A DNA stretch of 64,000 bases from Candidatus Omnitrophota bacterium. GTDB lineage: Bacteria > Omnitrophota > Gorgyraeia > Gygaellales > Profunditerraquicolaceae. Positions within the stretch are counted from its first letter, which is position 1, and every line of letters begins with the position of its first letter. Shown piece by piece: positions 9,605 through 19,003 of the stretch. A program made the position numbers and the translations under genes. Location: assembly GCA_050012075.1 (NCBI GenBank), contig JBEKHW010000004.1:8864-72863 (forward strand). Direction: 5' to 3'. Below the pieces are notes generated by a model. The model made no database searches and was not told where the DNA came from. It saw only the letters and a list, made by a program, of their open reading frames with translations.

Positions 9605-10351
9605 ATGAAGAAAACAATTAAGAAATCAATAATCACTGCGTTCATCATCGGGTTTATCCTGATTTTAGCAATAGCCGCATTTACGGTTTTCTTTGATGAG
9701 GCGGCTTTGGTCAGAAAGGGCACATTGTATGACGTAAAGAGTAAAGACAAGCTCGTGGCGCTGACCTTTGATGACGGGCCGTCTCCGGAATGGACTCCGC
9801 AGATATTAGAGGCTTTAAAGGCGGCAGGTATAAAAGCCACTTTCTTTATGCTTGGCAAGCACGTGCGGGAATATCCTGAGATTGCCAGAATGGTCGTTTC
9901 TGAAGGCCATGAGATAGGCAATCACAGTTATAGCCATCATGTGCTTATTTATTACAAAACCGATGAATTGGAGAAAGAAATAAAAGATACAGAACAAATA
10001 ATCGGGAAGGTAACAGGGGTTACCACGAAGTATTTCCGTCCGCCAAAGGCATGGCTTACTGAGGCAGAAAAGAAGAAAATAAAGGAAATGGGGTATAAGA
10101 TTGTGCTTTGGTCATTAAACTCCAAGGATTGGGTTAATTTCGACGACAAATATATCGTTAGGTATTTGGCCAGGCGTATTAATCCGGGCGACATCATCTT
10201 ATTTCATGACAGCGGAGGGGTTTTTAGCACGGAGGGAGGCAGCCGCCATGAGACAGTAAAGAGTGTGCCGCTATTGGCTGAAAAGTTGAGGAAAATGGGT
10301 TACAGGTTTGTGACCATAAGCCAACTCATTAGCGCAAGGAAGGGCAACTGA
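9605..10351 (+). CDS. Polysaccharide deacetylase (NodB homology domain; ArnD-like), membrane anchored
   Basis: N-terminal TM anchor followed by TFDDGPSP and HxxxH, which are NodB-family catalytic motifs. Confidence 0.8.
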   Translation: MKKTIKKSIITAFIIGFILILAIAAFTVFFDEAALVRKGTLYDVKSKDKLVALTFDDGPSPEWTPQILEALKAAGIKATFFMLGKHVREYPEIARMVVSEGHEIGNHSYSHHVLIYYKTDELEKEIKDTEQIIGKVTGVTTKYFRPPKAWLTEAEKKKIKEMGYKIVLWSLNSKDWVNFDDKYIVRYLARRINPGDIILFHDSGGVFSTEGGSRHETVKSVPLLAEKLRKMGYRFVTISQLISARKGN

Positions 10352-10353
10352 TT

Positions 10354-12006
10354 ATGAATAAAGATTTAAAATATATCCTCATCCTGTTTTTCCTCGGTTA
10401 CTTTTTTTTATTCTTCGGTAATGGTTTAATCAGCCTGACGAGCCCCGATGAAGTTTTTTACGCCCAGACCGCAAGAGAGATGAGCCAGCATCATACCTGG
10501 ATGACGCCCATTCTTTTTGACCAGCCGCAGTTTGAAAAGCCGATTCTTACTTATTGGCTTTTAAGGATAGGGTTTATAATCTTTGGAGTCAGCAGTTTCT
10601 CCGCGCGTTTTTTCCCCGCTCTGTTTGGGCTTATCGGCGTGATCGCGGTTTACCTCTTCGCAAAACTGCTTTTCGAAGACCATAAAAAGGCATTTATTTC
10701 GGCGCTGGTGCTTTTATCCGCCGGTTTCTATATAGGTATGGCAAGGACTGTTTTTACGGATATGGTTTTTTCTGTATTGGTCCTTCTTTCACTGCTTAGT
10801 TTCTTCTGGGGATACGCTTGCGAAAAATGGAAAGGGCCTGGGATTATATTGTTTTTTATTTTTTCAGCGCTAGCAGTCCTTGCAAAAGGGCCGCTAGGTT
10901 TATTTATTCCGTTTTTGGCCGTAGGCGTCTTTTTGCTTCTAGAAAGAAAAATAAAATTTATATGCTCCAGTTATGCTTTGTGGGGGATACTCATTTTCTT
11001 AATCATTTCCTTACCCTGGTATATTCTTATGACTGCCAAATACGGCCAGGCCTTCCTGCATGAATTTTTTTATAATGACCATTACCGCAGGCTTATTGAG
11101 GCAGAACACGGGGGAAGCGACAGGTGGTATTTTTATCCTTTTACCATGCTTGGATGTATGTTTCCCTGGAGTATCTTTGTCGCGGTTTCCCTTTTTTATC
11201 TTTTCTGGCGCATAAGCAAGCCAAGGACCGCCGACCTTTTCATTGTCAGCTGGATTGCCTCTACTTTATTGGTTTTCCAGCCCGCCCACTCGAAATTGAC
11301 CAGCTATATTCTACCGCTTTTCCCTGCCCTGGCTTTGGCATGCGGTGATTTTATTTATGATTGCATAGCGCATAAGGAGAGAAAACGATTACTCTTTATT
11401 CTTTTGGCTTTAATATGGGCCATCCTGCTATTTATCGCAGTGGGAGTTGTTTTTGCCTCTTTCAAATTCTCCAATTATATCTCTTCTCCGAGCCCTGTTT
11501 GTTTTCTTACCATGGTTTTTATCTTATGGCTTTCGGTACTTTTGTTTTACATTGCCAGGCATAAATACAATACAGCTGTTTATTTGCTTGCCCTGTGTGT
11601 GCCCGTAATGCTTTCGGTAGTCCCGTTTATACATCGGGATATCGAAGTGAATTTCTCTTCACAATACGCCTGTGGATATTTATTGAAAAACTACTCGCCC
11701 GATCGAGAATCGTACGTGTTAGCTTCCAAGGATTTTGCCAGGGGAACGCGCTACTATACCGATATGAAAGTAGCGGTATTTGCCCCGCGCGCAAAGAATT
11801 TCTTCAGCCCTCACCCCATACCATTTCTGGATACTGATGGAAAAATCTTGGATTTCCTGCGCCAACATCCCCTGGTTTATTGTTTCCTCAAGAAATCGTC
11901 CTTAGAGAATCTAAAGAGCGCACTGAATAAGGATTTCGAGTATCGGATCCTTAACTTAATCGGGAACCAATATATCGTAAAGATCCAACAAATCCGGCAC
12001 GATTAG
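10354..12006 (+). CDS. GT-C fold glycosyltransferase (ArnT/PMT family, GT39/GT83-like)
   Basis: 550-aa polytopic protein. The N-terminal periplasmic loop has the SPDE..FY motif typical of ArnT/PMT2 enzymes. Confidence 0.65.
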   Translation: MNKDLKYILILFFLGYFFLFFGNGLISLTSPDEVFYAQTAREMSQHHTWMTPILFDQPQFEKPILTYWLLRIGFIIFGVSSFSARFFPALFGLIGVIAVYLFAKLLFEDHKKAFISALVLLSAGFYIGMARTVFTDMVFSVLVLLSLLSFFWGYACEKWKGPGIILFFIFSALAVLAKGPLGLFIPFLAVGVFLLLERKIKFICSSYALWGILIFLIISLPWYILMTAKYGQAFLHEFFYNDHYRRLIEAEHGGSDRWYFYPFTMLGCMFPWSIFVAVSLFYLFWRISKPRTADLFIVSWIASTLLVFQPAHSKLTSYILPLFPALALACGDFIYDCIAHKERKRLLFILLALIWAILLFIAVGVVFASFKFSNYISSPSPVCFLTMVFILWLSVLLFYIARHKYNTAVYLLALCVPVMLSVVPFIHRDIEVNFSSQYACGYLLKNYSPDRESYVLASKDFARGTRYYTDMKVAVFAPRAKNFFSPHPIPFLDTDGKILDFLRQHPLVYCFLKKSSLENLKSALNKDFEYRILNLIGNQYIVKIQQIRHD

Positions 12007-12110
12007 CCAGAAAAGTGCTATCCGTTCTTTTTTGTATTGGATAGTAATAATTTATAGTGCTATAATACGTTATCTTTTGGCACTAAACTCCCGCCTATAA
12101 AATTAAAATT

Positions 12111-14384
12111 ATGGATACACAGGTAAGAAAAAGTGGGCTTAAGCTTATCAGGGATTTTCCCTGGGGTACTCATTTCTGCCAGTTCTATTCTACGAAACAA
12201 GACCTTCTTGATATCTTGGTTCCTTATTTTAAAGCCGGATTAAAAAACAATGAATTCTGCATGTGGGTTACTTCAGAGCCCTTAGGCGTTACGGATGCAA
12301 AAGCCGCAATGCAAAAAGCGGTTCCGGATTTCAAACGTTACATTAAAAAAGGCCAGATAGAAATCATCGCCTATTCGCAATGGTATGTAAAAGGCGGCGC
12401 CTTCAATCAAGACAGGGTGCTTGATGGCTGGGTGAGAAAACTTAAAGAAGGAGAAAGGCGCGGTTTTGATGGCCTGCGTTTGACCGGAAACACCTTATGG
12501 CTGGAGAAAAAGCACTGGAAGGCGTTCACCGAGTATGAGCGCGTTATCAATTCGGTGATTGGTAATTATAAGATGCTGGCGATATGCACCTATTCGTTAG
12601 ATAAATGCGGCGCGTCTGAAATATTGGATGTGGTGGCTAACCATGAATTCGCGCTCGTGAAACGGAATGGCAAATGGCAGATTCTTGAAAGCTCTGAGCG
12701 CAAGCGGATAGAAAATTTACTGCAAGAAAAAATCAGCCATCTTGCTTCATTCCCGCAGCTTAACCCTAATCCGGTGATTGAAGTTGACGCAAGCGGCAAA
12801 GTAATTTTTTGTAACTATGCCGCCATCAGAATCCTGCAACGGTTAAATGCGCCTAAGAGGATAAATTTATTCTTTCCTGCAGATTTTGCGAAAATCCTGA
12901 AAGCCGCTCAGTCCGGGGAAAAGAATGAATTTAACCGCGAGGTTAAAATAAAAGATTCTATTTTTATTGAAAACCTGGCTATTGTACCAGAATCAAAAAC
13001 AGTGCGTATTTATGCCCTGGATATCACCTGGCGTAAGCGCGCCGAGGAAGCGCTGCGTAAAAGCGAGGGGCAACTTAAGAAACTAAACCGCATGCTTAAA
13101 GCGCTTAGCGATTCTGACCAGGCAATGATGCGTGCCGATAATGAGGCGGATTATCTGAATAAAATCTGTGAAATCATAATCGAGGATTGCGGCTATTCTA
13201 TGGTATGGATAGGATTTGCTGAAGAAGATGAGGATAGGACAGTGCGTCCGGTGGCACAGGCAGGTTTTGAAGAAGGGTACCTTAAGACCGTAAATATCAC
13301 ATGGTCGGATACCGAATTCGGCAGGGGGCCGACAGGTACGGCTATACGTACCGGAAAACCTAGTATTTGCAGAAACATGCTGACGGATACCAATTTTAAA
13401 CCCTGGCGGCAGGAAGCGATAAAAAGAGGTTACGCATCCTCAATAGTCCTTCCTTTGATTACAGCCGATAGGGTATTCGGAGCGATAAACATATATTCAA
13501 GAGAGCCGGATCCTTTCTCGGAAAAAGAGGTACAGTTACTTTCCGAATTGGCTGATGACCTTGCTTACGGAATACAGGCGATACGTTTACGCGCTGAACA
13601 TGCGCAAGCGGAAGAGGAACTGCACCGGGCTGACGAAATATTGAAACGAGACAAAGAAACTCTTGAGCGGATCGTGAAAGAAAGGACCGAAAAATTATTG
13701 GCGGCGGAATTAGAACTGGAGAAGGCAAAACACCTCTCAGATATAGGAACACTCGCCGCTACAGTTGCCCATGAGCTGCGCAATCCCCTGGCTGCAATTG
13801 GAATTGCTGCTCACAATATAAAAAGAAAGGCAAAGAATCCTGATTTGGAACACCACCTGTCCAATATCGAAAAGAAGGTTTCCGAGAGCGACCAGATTAT
13901 CAATAATCTATTGTATTATTCCAGGATTAAGCCGCCGCACTATGAGAGAATCAATATCCGCGATATTATAAATGAATGCGTGGATACAAAAAAGAAGGGG
14001 TTTCATAATAAGATATCTTGTAAGGTCAGGATGCGGGTGCCAGATATTTTTATCGAGGCAGACCCGCTGCAAATGAAGGAAGTGTTTTCCAATATAATAA
14101 ACAACGCCTGCGACGCTATTTCCGGAGAAAGGGGTAAAGTAGAGATTGCAATTCATGATGAGACTAATAGTGTCAGGATTGACATCTGCGATAACGGATG
14201 CGGTATAGAAAAAGAATACCTATCCAAAGTGTTTGATCCATTCTTCACTACCAAAGCCAAAGGCACCGGGCTTGGCCTTTCGGTCTGCCAGCAGATAGTG
14301 CATCTGCACGGCGGCTCAATATCCATAGAGAGCCAGCCGCAAAAAGGGACAACCGTTACGGTGAGCCTGCCTAAGAAAGAATAA
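12111..14384 (+). CDS. Sensor histidine kinase with N-terminal MEDS domain, PAS, GAF, HisKA and HATPase_c
   Basis: MEDS-like N-terminus (DFPWGTHFCQFY...EFCMWVTSEP). GAF region present. The H-box is AHELRNPL and the C-terminus carries GxGxG ATPase motifs. No adjacent response regulator. Confidence 0.8.
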   Translation: MDTQVRKSGLKLIRDFPWGTHFCQFYSTKQDLLDILVPYFKAGLKNNEFCMWVTSEPLGVTDAKAAMQKAVPDFKRYIKKGQIEIIAYSQWYVKGGAFNQDRVLDGWVRKLKEGERRGFDGLRLTGNTLWLEKKHWKAFTEYERVINSVIGNYKMLAICTYSLDKCGASEILDVVANHEFALVKRNGKWQILESSERKRIENLLQEKISHLASFPQLNPNPVIEVDASGKVIFCNYAAIRILQRLNAPKRINLFFPADFAKILKAAQSGEKNEFNREVKIKDSIFIENLAIVPESKTVRIYALDITWRKRAEEALRKSEGQLKKLNRMLKALSDSDQAMMRADNEADYLNKICEIIIEDCGYSMVWIGFAEEDEDRTVRPVAQAGFEEGYLKTVNITWSDTEFGRGPTGTAIRTGKPSICRNMLTDTNFKPWRQEAIKRGYASSIVLPLITADRVFGAINIYSREPDPFSEKEVQLLSELADDLAYGIQAIRLRAEHAQAEEELHRADEILKRDKETLERIVKERTEKLLAAELELEKAKHLSDIGTLAATVAHELRNPLAAIGIAAHNIKRKAKNPDLEHHLSNIEKKVSESDQIINNLLYYSRIKPPHYERINIRDIINECVDTKKKGFHNKISCKVRMRVPDIFIEADPLQMKEVFSNIINNACDAISGERGKVEIAIHDETNSVRIDICDNGCGIEKEYLSKVFDPFFTTKAKGTGLGLSVCQQIVHLHGGSISIESQPQKGTTVTVSLPKKE

Positions 14385-14554
14385 ATAGAAGCAAAGAGGT
14401 TCCTTATTGAGGAATAATCCTTTACTATGAGTAAAAAAATAACTGTTTTTCTGCGCACTTTTGGCTGGCCGATGGTGTAAGTACCGCGTGATGATTTTGG
14501 GATTTTAACGCGGTTAAGCGATTGCGAATGCAGGAGTTAAGATAAGATGAGTGG

Positions 14555-15844
14555 TTGAAGGAACGACTTATGAATATAATTAATAAGAAAAGAATAAGGT
14601 ATTATTATGTAGCAGGAGTACTTATAGCCTTTTTTGGGCTATTTGTTTCTTTTAAATTTACCCTATCTACAGGTAATTTACCTTGGTTTGAGCCGCGGCT
14701 TTGTATAGATGGACCATATTATATTAACGGAATGATATCTATCGCTAGAAGTAACGATTTTTTAAATTTAAAAGATATATATCATTCCCCAGGATACCAA
14801 ATATATTTAGCTTTAATATATAAATTTTTTCCATACGATGGCAAAATATTCTATATAGTTAAGATCGTATCATGGGTACTGAATTTGCTGTGCGCCGGTC
14901 TTGTGTTTTATCTCGGGGAAAAATATTTTAGTCAATACGTTGGGATTATCGCAACAATTTTATTTGTATGGTCTACTAAGTATCGTATTTATATAAACTT
15001 ACTTCAGCCAGAAGTGCTCCTTGGATTTTTACTATTGATGTACGTGTGTTTTCAAATGAAAGCCGCAGAAGTTAAATCAAAACGCAAACAGCTCTTTTTA
15101 TTGTTTATATCAGGTACGCTTTCTTCGGTGATATGCCTTATTCAGGTAAGGTATATATTTATTGTGCTTTTTGGGTGTGTAAGTATTTATCTTAAGCATA
15201 GAGCCCGCGTTATGAATAAAAAATTGGTTTACAAAAATACTTTGTTTCAAATATTTATCTTTTTTCTACCGTTTATTCTCATATTTGTGGCATGGTCGGT
15301 TTATTACTCATTTAAAAATCATTGTATAATAACAGGGCAAAGTAGATCGTTGTGGCGATTTATGATTGGGAACAATCCTAATGCGTTAGGATACTCATAT
15401 CCTTATCCGGTTATGGGGAAGCCTGCTGGTTTTCAATTTATAATCTCGCAACCCATAAGGTTTCTTTGGCTTATCAAACAGAGGTTTTTATTTCTATGGG
15501 ATTTTAAAAAAGATATTTGGTATCTCAAAAGCCCTATCATTGAATGGTTAAATATGCATTCAGGAAAAGGCATTTTTGAAATGCCTTTCTATCTGGTATG
15601 CTTTTTTGCATTCCTCGCTGGGTTCCTGATCAAAATCAGATCGGATTTAAATAGATCCTCAATAGCTATCACCTCGTCTTTGTACTTAACATTTTTTGCA
15701 TCGATTATAGGGCCACTTCTTATTTTTAGTAGTTCGCGTTTTCTTATTCCAAGTGTACCTTTAATCGTTCTTTTTCAAAGTTACTTTATAATCTGGTTTT
15801 TTCAAAAATTGAAAAATATTACAATACCATTAAAAGCAGGCTAA
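14555..15844 (+). CDS. Polytopic membrane protein, possibly a GT-C-like glycosyltransferase; markedly AT-rich gene
   Basis: 429 aa, 10 or more TM segments, rich in F/Y/I/K. Its composition differs from neighbouring genes. Confidence 0.4.
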   Translation: MKERLMNIINKKRIRYYYVAGVLIAFFGLFVSFKFTLSTGNLPWFEPRLCIDGPYYINGMISIARSNDFLNLKDIYHSPGYQIYLALIYKFFPYDGKIFYIVKIVSWVLNLLCAGLVFYLGEKYFSQYVGIIATILFVWSTKYRIYINLLQPEVLLGFLLLMYVCFQMKAAEVKSKRKQLFLLFISGTLSSVICLIQVRYIFIVLFGCVSIYLKHRARVMNKKLVYKNTLFQIFIFFLPFILIFVAWSVYYSFKNHCIITGQSRSLWRFMIGNNPNALGYSYPYPVMGKPAGFQFIISQPIRFLWLIKQRFLFLWDFKKDIWYLKSPIIEWLNMHSGKGIFEMPFYLVCFFAFLAGFLIKIRSDLNRSSIAITSSLYLTFFASIIGPLLIFSSSRFLIPSVPLIVLFQSYFIIWFFQKLKNITIPLKAG

Positions 15845-15925
15845 GTATGTGTAGTCGGCCGAAATAGTAAAATGGAAACATTCCACTAGAGATAACATTT
15901 TTTGTTGTAACTATCTGAAAGACAG

Positions 15926-17065
15926 ATGGATAAGAAACGTATCGCAATCGTTACGTACGGCTGCCAGATGAATGTTAGGGATTCGGAAGTAATTTGCGGC
16001 CTTCTCCAGAAGGCTGGGTTTAAGATTACCGAAGATGAGAAGGCGGCGGATATAGCTATCTTTAATACCTGTTCTGTGCGCCAGCACGCAGAAGATAAGG
16101 TTTGGTCGGCAGTGGGTATGACAAAAGCTGGAATTATCGGTATCGTAGGATGTATGGCGAATAATTACCGCGAGGCGATTTTCGAGAAGGCGCCAAAAGT
16201 GGATTTTGTGGTTGGGACATCTGATATTGCCAAGATGCCCGGCATAATTAAGGAAATACAAAAACATAAAGGCGGATTTCTTGCCAAGAAGATTTATGAA
16301 ACAGACGCGGATTACAGGGAAGATGAGATTTACCATACAGGTTTTCATCTGGATAAAAATCACGCTTTTGTGGTGATTTCTGAGGGGTGCGAGAACTATT
16401 GTTCATACTGCGTGGTCCCTTATGTGCGCGGGAAGTTGCGCTCACGTAATCATCAGGATATCCTTGATGAAATAAAAGAGGATATTGACTCCGGAATAAC
16501 GAAAATAACCCTGCTTGGGCAAAATGTCAACGCATATGTTTCAAGCGCACAACCCACAGCGCATAACGCACAACGAACAAGATTTGTCGAGTTGTTAGAA
16601 ATGGTAAACGATGTAAAGGGCCTTAAAGAATTCACTTTTGTCACTTCTCATCCAAAAGATACTTCGGTAGAATTATTTAAGGCGATGGCAGAGCTGGAAA
16701 AATTAAAAAAACACCTTCACCTTCCGGTGCAGTCAGGTTCAGACAGAATTCTAAAGCTAATGAACCGCGGTTACACCAGAAGATTCTATTTGGATTTGAT
16801 AGAGGATTATCGTAAAATAGTAAAAGACGGGGCGCTCTCTACTGATATCATTGTCGGTTTTCCCACTGAAAATAAAGACGATTTCCAGGATACTTACGAC
16901 CTGGTAGGAGGTGTCGAGTTTGATGCTGCCTACATATTCAAGTATTCCGTAAGGCCGCATACGCAGGCAGCCAGTATGCCTGATGATGTAGAGAAGAAGG
17001 AGAAAGAAAGAAGACACGGGTTAATTTTGGAATTACAGAAGGAGATATCACGAAGAAAGAAATGA
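15926..17065 (+). CDS. MiaB/RimO-family radical-SAM methylthiotransferase lacking the C-terminal TRAM domain
   Basis: The MTTase N-domain has three Cys. The radical-SAM motif CENYCSYC is present. The protein ends after the radical-SAM core with a Lys-rich tail (379 aa). Confidence 0.75.
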   Translation: MDKKRIAIVTYGCQMNVRDSEVICGLLQKAGFKITEDEKAADIAIFNTCSVRQHAEDKVWSAVGMTKAGIIGIVGCMANNYREAIFEKAPKVDFVVGTSDIAKMPGIIKEIQKHKGGFLAKKIYETDADYREDEIYHTGFHLDKNHAFVVISEGCENYCSYCVVPYVRGKLRSRNHQDILDEIKEDIDSGITKITLLGQNVNAYVSSAQPTAHNAQRTRFVELLEMVNDVKGLKEFTFVTSHPKDTSVELFKAMAELEKLKKHLHLPVQSGSDRILKLMNRGYTRRFYLDLIEDYRKIVKDGALSTDIIVGFPTENKDDFQDTYDLVGGVEFDAAYIFKYSVRPHTQAASMPDDVEKKEKERRHGLILELQKEISRRKK

Positions 17066-17832
17066 AGAAAATAGCGATCTTGATTATTCTGCTGACTGTC
17101 TGGTTCGTTTGCGCCTATGCCGCTAGTTTAGATACTATGAAGGTCTATTTCCTGAACGCGGATTATAAGGCGGCGATACTGGAAGGAGAGAAGCTTTTAG
17201 CCGGGGCAAAGGATTCTTCGGGGCTTGATGAGTTATATTATCTACTTGGCTTAAGCTATCTTAAAGACGGTAATTATTTACGGGCCTCGGATATATTTGA
17301 GATAATGCTATACGAGATTAAACCCAATAGGTTTAAAGAAGAGGCAAAGCTCGCCTTAGGCGACACCTATCTTTTAAGGAAGGAGCCAGGCAAGGCGCAG
17401 GAATATTACCTTGCGTTGCTACAGGCAAACCCCGCTACCAAACTAAGGGCGCAGTTATATTACCGTTTAAGTAAAACCGGTTTTGATACAGGCAATGCCC
17501 AGCAAGGCGCCCAATATAGGGAAAAACTAAAAAAAGAGTTTCCTTCCGATGTAGAAGCGCTGACAAACCAGGATATATGTTATCTTGATAAAAATACCTC
17601 CTCCGGCACATTTTACACTGTACAGGTAGGATATTTCGCCAATCCTTCTAACGCCCGGAATCTCACTCAGGAATTGGCCTCTAAAGGATATCCTGCCTAT
17701 ACCGAAGAAGCATTTATCGGCGGAAAGCACTATTATCGAGTCATGGTTGGTAAATCAGCTGTTCGCCGGGACACTGCCATATTGGCAGATAAATTATCCG
17801 CCCAGGGTTATCCCACGAAAATCTGCCCCTGA
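17062..17832 (+). CDS. TPR-repeat / SPOR-domain protein (peptidoglycan-binding, division-site associated)
   Basis: Signal peptide, TPR-like repeats, and a C-terminal SPOR-like block (TVQVGYFANPSNARNL...YRVMVG). Overlaps the upstream gene by 4 bp. Confidence 0.65.
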   Translation: MKKIAILIILLTVWFVCAYAASLDTMKVYFLNADYKAAILEGEKLLAGAKDSSGLDELYYLLGLSYLKDGNYLRASDIFEIMLYEIKPNRFKEEAKLALGDTYLLRKEPGKAQEYYLALLQANPATKLRAQLYYRLSKTGFDTGNAQQGAQYREKLKKEFPSDVEALTNQDICYLDKNTSSGTFYTVQVGYFANPSNARNLTQELASKGYPAYTEEAFIGGKHYYRVMVGKSAVRRDTAILADKLSAQGYPTKICP

Positions 17833-18839
17833 TGAAACGTCACCACGCCACCACGTCAGTGCCAAGCGAAGCGAATCCTACCCGGAGGGGACCACGTCAC
17901 CAGAGTAAAACTTGCTCAAATAGAAAGAGAGTCGTTTTTATTACCGGGCCTACGGCTTCAGGTAAGAGTGAAATAGCGCTGGTCTTAGCCAGCAAGCTTG
18001 GCGCTGAAATAATTTCCAGCGACTCCATGCAGATTTATAAGGGGATGGAGATCCTTTCTTCCCAGCCACAACCATCCATAAGGAAAAAAGTACCGCATCA
18101 TCTATTGGCTTTTATTTCTCCACGGAAAGAATACAATGTGTCCCGCTATATCCGCGACGCAAATAAGAAGGTAAAGAGCATAATTAAAAAAGGAAAGTTT
18201 CCGCTTTTTGTGGGCGGCACAGGTTTATACATGGCGACAATTATTGACGGCATATTCAAGGATTCAGGTAAAAATGAGGACTTACGCAAGAAACTTTATA
18301 AACAGTCCAAAACCCATGGTGTAGGTTTTTTACATGCGAGGTTAGCAAAAATAGACCCTGTTGCCGCTTCAAGGATCCATCCCAATGATACAAAGCGCAT
18401 AGTAAGGGCCCTTGAGGTATTTGAAACTACGGGAAAACCGATATCCCAATTGCAGAAGGAAAAAAGCGGCGGGCTTAGCGAGGATTATGATATAAAAATC
18501 TTCTGCCTTAACCTTAAACGCAGCGCCCTCTATAGAAGGATTGAGAAAAGAGTGGATGTGATGTTTAAAAGAGGTATACTGGAAGAGGTAAAGAAACTTT
18601 TAATGATACCGTTAAGTAAAACCGCTTCTTATGCTATAGGTATAAGAGAATTAGAAGGTTATTTTGCGGGCCGTTATGATTTAGGAGAGGCAAAGGAGCT
18701 TATAAAGAGGAATACGCGATTATACGCTAAGCGGCAGTTGACCTGGTTTAGGAAAGATAAGCGCATAGAGTGGGTAGAGATAGGAGATAAAGAGAAATCT
18801 TCAGTAACCGTAGAAAGGATATTTAAGAAGCTGATGTGA
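17832..18839 (+). CDS. miaA: tRNA dimethylallyltransferase MiaA
   Basis: P-loop VVFITGPTASGKSEIA and DSMQIYKGMEI. The N-terminal ~30 aa are encoded by GTCAC-type repeat DNA, so the true start may be the in-frame GTG at ~17859. Confidence 0.85.
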   Translation: MKRHHATTSVPSEANPTRRGPRHQSKTCSNRKRVVFITGPTASGKSEIALVLASKLGAEIISSDSMQIYKGMEILSSQPQPSIRKKVPHHLLAFISPRKEYNVSRYIRDANKKVKSIIKKGKFPLFVGGTGLYMATIIDGIFKDSGKNEDLRKKLYKQSKTHGVGFLHARLAKIDPVAASRIHPNDTKRIVRALEVFETTGKPISQLQKEKSGGLSEDYDIKIFCLNLKRSALYRRIEKRVDVMFKRGILEEVKKLLMIPLSKTASYAIGIRELEGYFAGRYDLGEAKELIKRNTRLYAKRQLTWFRKDKRIEWVEIGDKEKSSVTVERIFKKLM

Positions 18840-18840
18840 T

Positions 18841-19003
18841 GGGCGGGTCCTGCCGAGGCGCGTTCTCGCAGGAACGCACGATTTTCCCCAGCGTGGAAAA
18901 TCGTGCTCGGCTCCTCGGCCTCACTCGTCACATACAAGTTTATTTAGGGTGACACCGTGCCCGTTCGGCCTGCGGACGTCCTGCTCGAATCGCGCCTCGT
19001 CAC
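18841..19003 (+). other. GC-rich multi-hairpin element enclosed by a ~40-nt imperfect inverted repeat; candidate structured ncRNA or complex terminator
   Basis: GGGCGGGTCCTGCCGAGGCGCG...CGCGCCTCGTCACCCGCC are inverted repeats. Internal hairpins include GCGTTCtcgcagGAACGC and CGATTTTCCccagcgtGGAAAATCG. Confidence 0.3.

Noticed and set aside
17832-17930. N-terminal 30-residue extension of MiaA (MKRHHATTSVPSEANPTRRGPRHQSK...)
   Set aside because: It is encoded by GTCAC-type repeat DNA and is absent from canonical MiaA. The real start is probably the in-frame GTG near 17859 or is otherwise uncertain. It is not claimed as a domain.
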